Position numbers and translations under genes: made by a program
The notes under the pieces: model-generated
Told to the model about the DNA's origin: nothing
What the model saw: the letters and a program-made list of their open reading frames with translations, nothing else
The model's database searches: none
Part shown: positions 59,724 to 64,000 of the stretch, in pieces
Layout of the letters: the number at the start of each line of letters is the position of its first letter
Position numbering within the stretch: the first letter of the stretch is position 1
NCBI GenBank assembly: GCA_039818205.1
Contig: JBCBUK010000012.1
Span: 1-64,000, forward strand
Reading direction: 5' to 3'
Length of the DNA: 64,000 bases
From: Verrucomicrobiota bacterium
Lineage (GTDB): Bacteria > Verrucomicrobiota > Verrucomicrobiia > Opitutales > Cerasicoccaceae

Positions 59724-61217
59724 GTGTGGGAAGAAGAATATCCGTTACCCGGCTATCAGTCGAATACCGAGCGCTACGCTACATTGCAATTCATCACGCT
59801 GGGCATCGGTTCAACGTGGTTTGTCGGTGGTGACTTTGCAGGCGGCTACGCCATTTGCGCCTCCATCGCCGCGCTTTCTCTATTCTTCTACTTTTTCCTC
59901 GGCCAGGAAGTCGTCATTTCCACGAGCCAGGATCAAAAACGTTTCCGACGATGGCTCCTCGTGCCCCTCTTATTCATGATCCTTTGGCCGGTGAGTCAGC
60001 TTTCGCCAACCATTACCGAATATGCCATCGGAGACCGAAATTATTTAACGTTCATTGAGCCAGATGGTGTTGGGCCCGTCACCTCAATTCTGGGTCACCA
60101 TTGGCAACCATCCCTATATCTAAGCATGATGCTTATCGCTGCGATAGGTTACACAGCCTTCACGGTAAGCCACTATGCCATCACTCGAACTTTGTGGGTG
60201 CTCCTGATAAACGCCACCGTGCTAGGTGCGGTCGGCTTGCTGACGAGCATCATGCACTGGGAAAAAATTCTGTCCTTCATCACCCCAGCGCAAGCGAACT
60301 TTTTCTCAACGTTCCCATCGGCCCATCAATGGTCAGCCTTTGCGCTTTTTTGGACGGTCGTTGGCTTCGGTTTGTTTTTTCACCTCAAGCGACGACAAAC
60401 TTGGACAAGCCTTTTAGAGAAAAATGGCGCGTGGCTCATCGCTGGTTGGTTAATCCTTGCTTATTCAGCCTATGAAACGGGGACTCCATTTCATCGTTTT
60501 CTTTTGGGCATCAGCGTCGGGCTGATCCTACTTCGCATCGGCACCGCATTGGTTCGCTATATGCGAACCGGCTTTGTCGCGGGTTTAATGGGCATCCTGC
60601 TTTTGCTCGCTGGCATCAGTGCGATTGGCTATAATTTATTCAACTTTGCCAATGAGTTTTCTCTGGCTCAAAGTGACCCATCCCGCGCTCCCTTTGGAAT
60701 TCCTTGGGGCACGCAACTAGCGCTCTGGCGGGACACTTGGCAGCTTTTCTTGGAGCGTCCGTTTTTCGGGTGGGGCGCGGGCTCATTTCAGGACATCTTT
60801 CCGTTCCATCAGCAGGTTGACCTTGGAAATTTCGAGTATACCTCGCCCCACTCGGATATCCTCCATGTACTATTCGAATACGGTATCGTTGGACTGTGTC
60901 TATTGCTGACCTTTCCCATCGTCATCGCCTTCAAATTCGCCTTCTTAAAACAGCGCCGTATGGTGAGCCACTATCTCTGGGGCGCCGTGACCCTCCTAGT
61001 GCTCCTCTCGCTTTTTTGCCAACCGCTGAGCACACCGGCCAACTTAGCATGCCTCTGGTTCGGGATAGCGGCTGCCTACAAGTGGTCAGAGATCGAACCG
61101 GTTACGCCAAAAAGTTTCTCTGCCAAAAACAACGGGGCCACCAGTGAAACCGAAAAAGATAAGAGAAAAAGCCGACCACGGAGGTCCAGCCAGAAGTCGA
61201 AGCGATCGGTGAACTGA
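59724..61217 (+). CDS. O-antigen ligase-like membrane protein
   Basis: Multi-TM; PFFGWGAGSF, PHSD, EYGIVG. Confidence 0.8.
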   Translation: MWEEEYPLPGYQSNTERYATLQFITLGIGSTWFVGGDFAGGYAICASIAALSLFFYFFLGQEVVISTSQDQKRFRRWLLVPLLFMILWPVSQLSPTITEYAIGDRNYLTFIEPDGVGPVTSILGHHWQPSLYLSMMLIAAIGYTAFTVSHYAITRTLWVLLINATVLGAVGLLTSIMHWEKILSFITPAQANFFSTFPSAHQWSAFALFWTVVGFGLFFHLKRRQTWTSLLEKNGAWLIAGWLILAYSAYETGTPFHRFLLGISVGLILLRIGTALVRYMRTGFVAGLMGILLLLAGISAIGYNLFNFANEFSLAQSDPSRAPFGIPWGTQLALWRDTWQLFLERPFFGWGAGSFQDIFPFHQQVDLGNFEYTSPHSDILHVLFEYGIVGLCLLLTFPIVIAFKFAFLKQRRMVSHYLWGAVTLLVLLSLFCQPLSTPANLACLWFGIAAAYKWSEIEPVTPKSFSAKNNGATSETEKDKRKSRPRRSSQKSKRSVN

Positions 61218-61241
61218 CTAACCGTAGAACGAAAGAATCTC

Positions 61242-61931
61242 CTAGTTCCGATCCGCTTGTTCTTGGTCGAGTGGCCCACGCAACTTGCGTTCCAGGAGCA
61301 TCTCGGTATTGCTTTTTTCCAGGTATCCCTTCAATCGCGCGAATCGCTTGGATGCATCAAGCATCTCCAAAAGCTGCTGTTTGATGTCGTTGTCTTCACA
61401 CAGGGTGAAACTGGCGAGATCGACATATGTTTCGGGATCATGGAGACCATCAAGAAAATCAAATACTTCGCTTGGAGCGTGGGACCCAAGCTCTTGTCGG
61501 CGGCGAACAGAACGCGCCAGCTCAACGCGCATCGATTGCAGCTCATCGACGCTCGCCCCAGGATCGGTATCCAGGGGCTCAAATTCGGCCAATCGATAGG
61601 GCTCTTCGCGCAAAATTTTCAGTAGCCGCACCCGCGCCAACCCTTGAAGGATCAGATGTGAACACCCGTCTTTATCTTTCTGACAAGCTCGGACAATGCC
61701 AACCGATGCGATCGGGTATGCCGGTTCAAATTCCCCGGTCAACTGCCCCCGAGTCTCATCTTCGCGGGCAATCACGAACAATCGCTCACGGTCCAAGACA
61801 TCGGCCAACATCTGACGGTACCTCGGCTCAAAAATATAGAGCGGAAGCATCGCGTGCGGAAACAAAACCGTGTTCGTCAACGTCATGACCGGAATCTCCC
61901 GCGGTATGGCAATATCATTAGGCACTACCAC
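61242..61931 (-). CDS. Stand-alone Lon N-terminal substrate-binding domain protein
   Basis: VLFP...LYIFEPRYRQM, LQG..R, KQQLLE; no AAA or protease domain. Confidence 0.85.
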   Translation of the reverse strand: MVVPNDIAIPREIPVMTLTNTVLFPHAMLPLYIFEPRYRQMLADVLDRERLFVIAREDETRGQLTGEFEPAYPIASVGIVRACQKDKDGCSHLILQGLARVRLLKILREEPYRLAEFEPLDTDPGASVDELQSMRVELARSVRRRQELGSHAPSEVFDFLDGLHDPETYVDLASFTLCEDNDIKQQLLEMLDASKRFARLKGYLEKSNTEMLLERKLRGPLDQEQADRN

Positions 61932-61974
61932 TAGTGTGCGCCAGGGTCGCTATTTCGCAACCACGATAGATACT

Positions 61975-64000
61975 TTATTCTGGGCGAGTATTCGGATCGA
62001 CAAACCGCTTTACGGATTGAATCCAGGCATCTTGCTCCTCGGGAGTAGCCAAGAATTCATACCAGTTGATCGCCCGCATGTAGTTTACCAAATCTTCCAA
62101 AAAACCATAGGTGGACAGCACCTCATTCTGTTTTTGGACAAACGCTTCAGTTTGCGCATCAATGAGATCAATAATATTCACTCGGCCTACCCGATACTTC
62201 TCCGTCACGATATCCAAATTCTTTTGTGCACGGTCAGCAGCAATGCGGCTAAAACGAATATCGCTGTAGGATGAGCTCAGTGCATAAAGCGAATCCAGAA
62301 CGCGTTGCTCGATAAACTGCCGGGTGAAGGCTCGGTTGTATTCTTGGCTGCGCACGAGTGCCTTCTGGCGCAGCAAATTGAACACGCGGTTTCCACCTTC
62401 GAATATCGGCAACGATGCCTGCACTGTGACCCGCCACTCGTCGTCCGGCAGATTTCCACCGGCACCTGCGGCGAGTGGTGTCTCGAGCGTTTGCTTATCG
62501 AAGACGTTCTGGTAGTTGAAATTCACTCCCACTGAGGGGACATAGAAACTGCGGCTTGCCTGGTCGTAGCTGAGCTCACGTGCAGCCAGCGTTCTATCTT
62601 CAACCTCGAGTTCCGGCGCATGGGACATCGCATGCTGCAATGAAAACAAACGAAACTGTCGGGCCTGAGATTCGCTGGTGATCAACTCAATGACCCGGCG
62701 AGAGGTTACATCGAAATTATCAGAGTCCAGCCCGATCTCCTCGGCATTCCATTTTGTGCCGAGTTCATCCTGGCCTAGGACTCGGTTCAAGGCGGCCAGC
62801 GCGCTCAACACCTGGCTCTCGGCCAAGGCTACCGTCGCACGGTCCGAGGCCTCCGAGGATTCAAATCGATAGACTTCTTCCGGACCAGCGGTGCCGACAT
62901 CCAGGCGCACCCGTGCAAGCCCGAGATTCGTCCGGGTGACCTCCAAATTCTCCTTGGCAATTGCCAAAATCGACTTCGCGGCAAGATAACGTAGATACGC
63001 TACCGCCGCCTGTTGAACTGTGTCGGACTCAAGACTTTGCTCCTGGAACTCCGCTGCCTCATAGTCCTGCTCAGAAATCAGGTAGCCGGTCACCACCTCG
63101 TCATCGTAGATCATTTGAGCCACATCGACACCCACGCTATTCGCCTGACGCGGAATCGAACCCAGCGAACCGCGAGCCGTTGAATCGTCAACCCGCTGAT
63201 ATTGATAGACCGCATTAATCTGCGGGAGCATCCCGGAAAACGCCTGACGACGAGCCTCGTAGACCGCTTCGGTATCCTCGCGGGTGGCACGGAGTTCATA
63301 ATTTGCCTGCTTGGCCATTTCCACCGCTTTAGTCAAACGAAGGGGCTCTGCATTAATGTTTGGCGCCTCGCCCCCGATGAGCGTGGCATCGAAGAGCATA
63401 TCCGTTGGCAGATCAAATTGGATGCCCGCGGCGGTAACAACGTTCACGTACAGCTGGCGCTCGACCCGGAATAGCGCCGGGATCGACGTTGCCGTTTTAC
63501 CCGAGATTAACTCCTCGATATTCAAGGCTGCCCGGCGCGCCAACTGCTTACGCAAATCGGGCATCGTCCCAAAGAGGAACCCATCGGCCACGCCCGATTC
63601 ACCGGTCATCGCATAGGTCGGTATTCCCTTGGCATTGACGCCAGTGATAAATGCCTCGAGCTGCTGCTCATCCGGGAATCGCAGCGGGGGAAAAAAGAAA
63701 ATGGCTTCCGCGTCATCCGGAATACTCGCTAATGACCCCTCTGCCGTTGCTCCTAGCGGAACAAAGCCATGGTCAATCCCGAGATCACGGTCAATCTCGG
63801 CCAAGAGTTCGGGTACAACGCCGTCTTTGACGTCATCCAAATAGGCGTCAGTAGCGGTGTATAGAACCTTTTTGAATCCGACGAGATCGTGGAAGGTTTT
63901 TACGTCTTCGACCAACGAAATATCTGAGACAATTACCGACAAGTTATTGATTGTGGAACGCCCGTTTTTGATGAAAGGCGCAACGATGCGCGGATCCTGA
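61975..64000 (-). CDS. TolC family outer-membrane protein with N-terminal periplasmic-binding-like domain; 5' end off the right edge
   Basis: Two OEP-like repeats (LPQIN, SLPIFEGG, YRVG..NIIDLIDAQ); the frame is open from 63942 to the window end. Confidence 0.85.
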   Translation of the reverse strand, partial: QDPRIVAPFIKNGRSTINNLSVIVSDISLVEDVKTFHDLVGFKKVLYTATDAYLDDVKDGVVPELLAEIDRDLGIDHGFVPLGATAEGSLASIPDDAEAIFFFPPLRFPDEQQLEAFITGVNAKGIPTYAMTGESGVADGFLFGTMPDLRKQLARRAALNIEELISGKTATSIPALFRVERQLYVNVVTAAGIQFDLPTDMLFDATLIGGEAPNINAEPLRLTKAVEMAKQANYELRATREDTEAVYEARRQAFSGMLPQINAVYQYQRVDDSTARGSLGSIPRQANSVGVDVAQMIYDDEVVTGYLISEQDYEAAEFQEQSLESDTVQQAAVAYLRYLAAKSILAIAKENLEVTRTNLGLARVRLDVGTAGPEEVYRFESSEASDRATVALAESQVLSALAALNRVLGQDELGTKWNAEEIGLDSDNFDVTSRRVIELITSESQARQFRLFSLQHAMSHAPELEVEDRTLAARELSYDQASRSFYVPSVGVNFNYQNVFDKQTLETPLAAGAGGNLPDDEWRVTVQASLPIFEGGNRVFNLLRQKALVRSQEYNRAFTRQFIEQRVLDSLYALSSSYSDIRFSRIAADRAQKNLDIVTEKYRVGRVNIIDLIDAQTEAFVQKQNEVLSTYGFLEDLVNYMRAINWYEFLATPEEQDAWIQSVKRFVDPNTRPE

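Noticed and set aside
1..64000. CRISPR arrays, rRNA genes, intact IS/transposases or prophage genes
   Set aside because: No repeat-spacer periodicity or diagnostic motifs found by eye; the repeats seen are intragenic.

Overview
Bacterial chromosomal window. A PEP-CTERM protein plus exosortase, a MoxR/DUF58/BatA operon and the style of the secreted proteins point to Verrucomicrobiota (inference). Bases ~1-3520 are a decayed island edge. They hold an ietAS-type defence pair (AAA+ ATPase with C-terminal HTH; probable S8 peptidase running off the window) behind a symmetric operator array, and a tyrosine-integrase C-terminal fragment joined to an Rhs/YD fragment. On the + strand follow three tandem irregular tRNA-like elements (one Pro(UGG)-like with a 9-bp variable arm), a Zn-binding HNH endonuclease and a long GNRA-capped hairpin. 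This tRNA-like/HNH/hairpin cassette is the best candidate for an undescribed system. Bases ~3.6-17 kb encode secreted or surface proteins (beta-helix enzymes, a cadherin-repeat protein, PEP-CTERM). The rest is mostly housekeeping (metG, menFD, pepP, glgP, sdhCAB, ffh, aroK, a Dus enzyme). It also has a tight DinB + NRDE/TANGO2 + hydrolase-DedA-ATP-grasp fusion operon of unknown function. No CRISPR array or rRNA was seen. All calls come from motif reading only; no searches were run.
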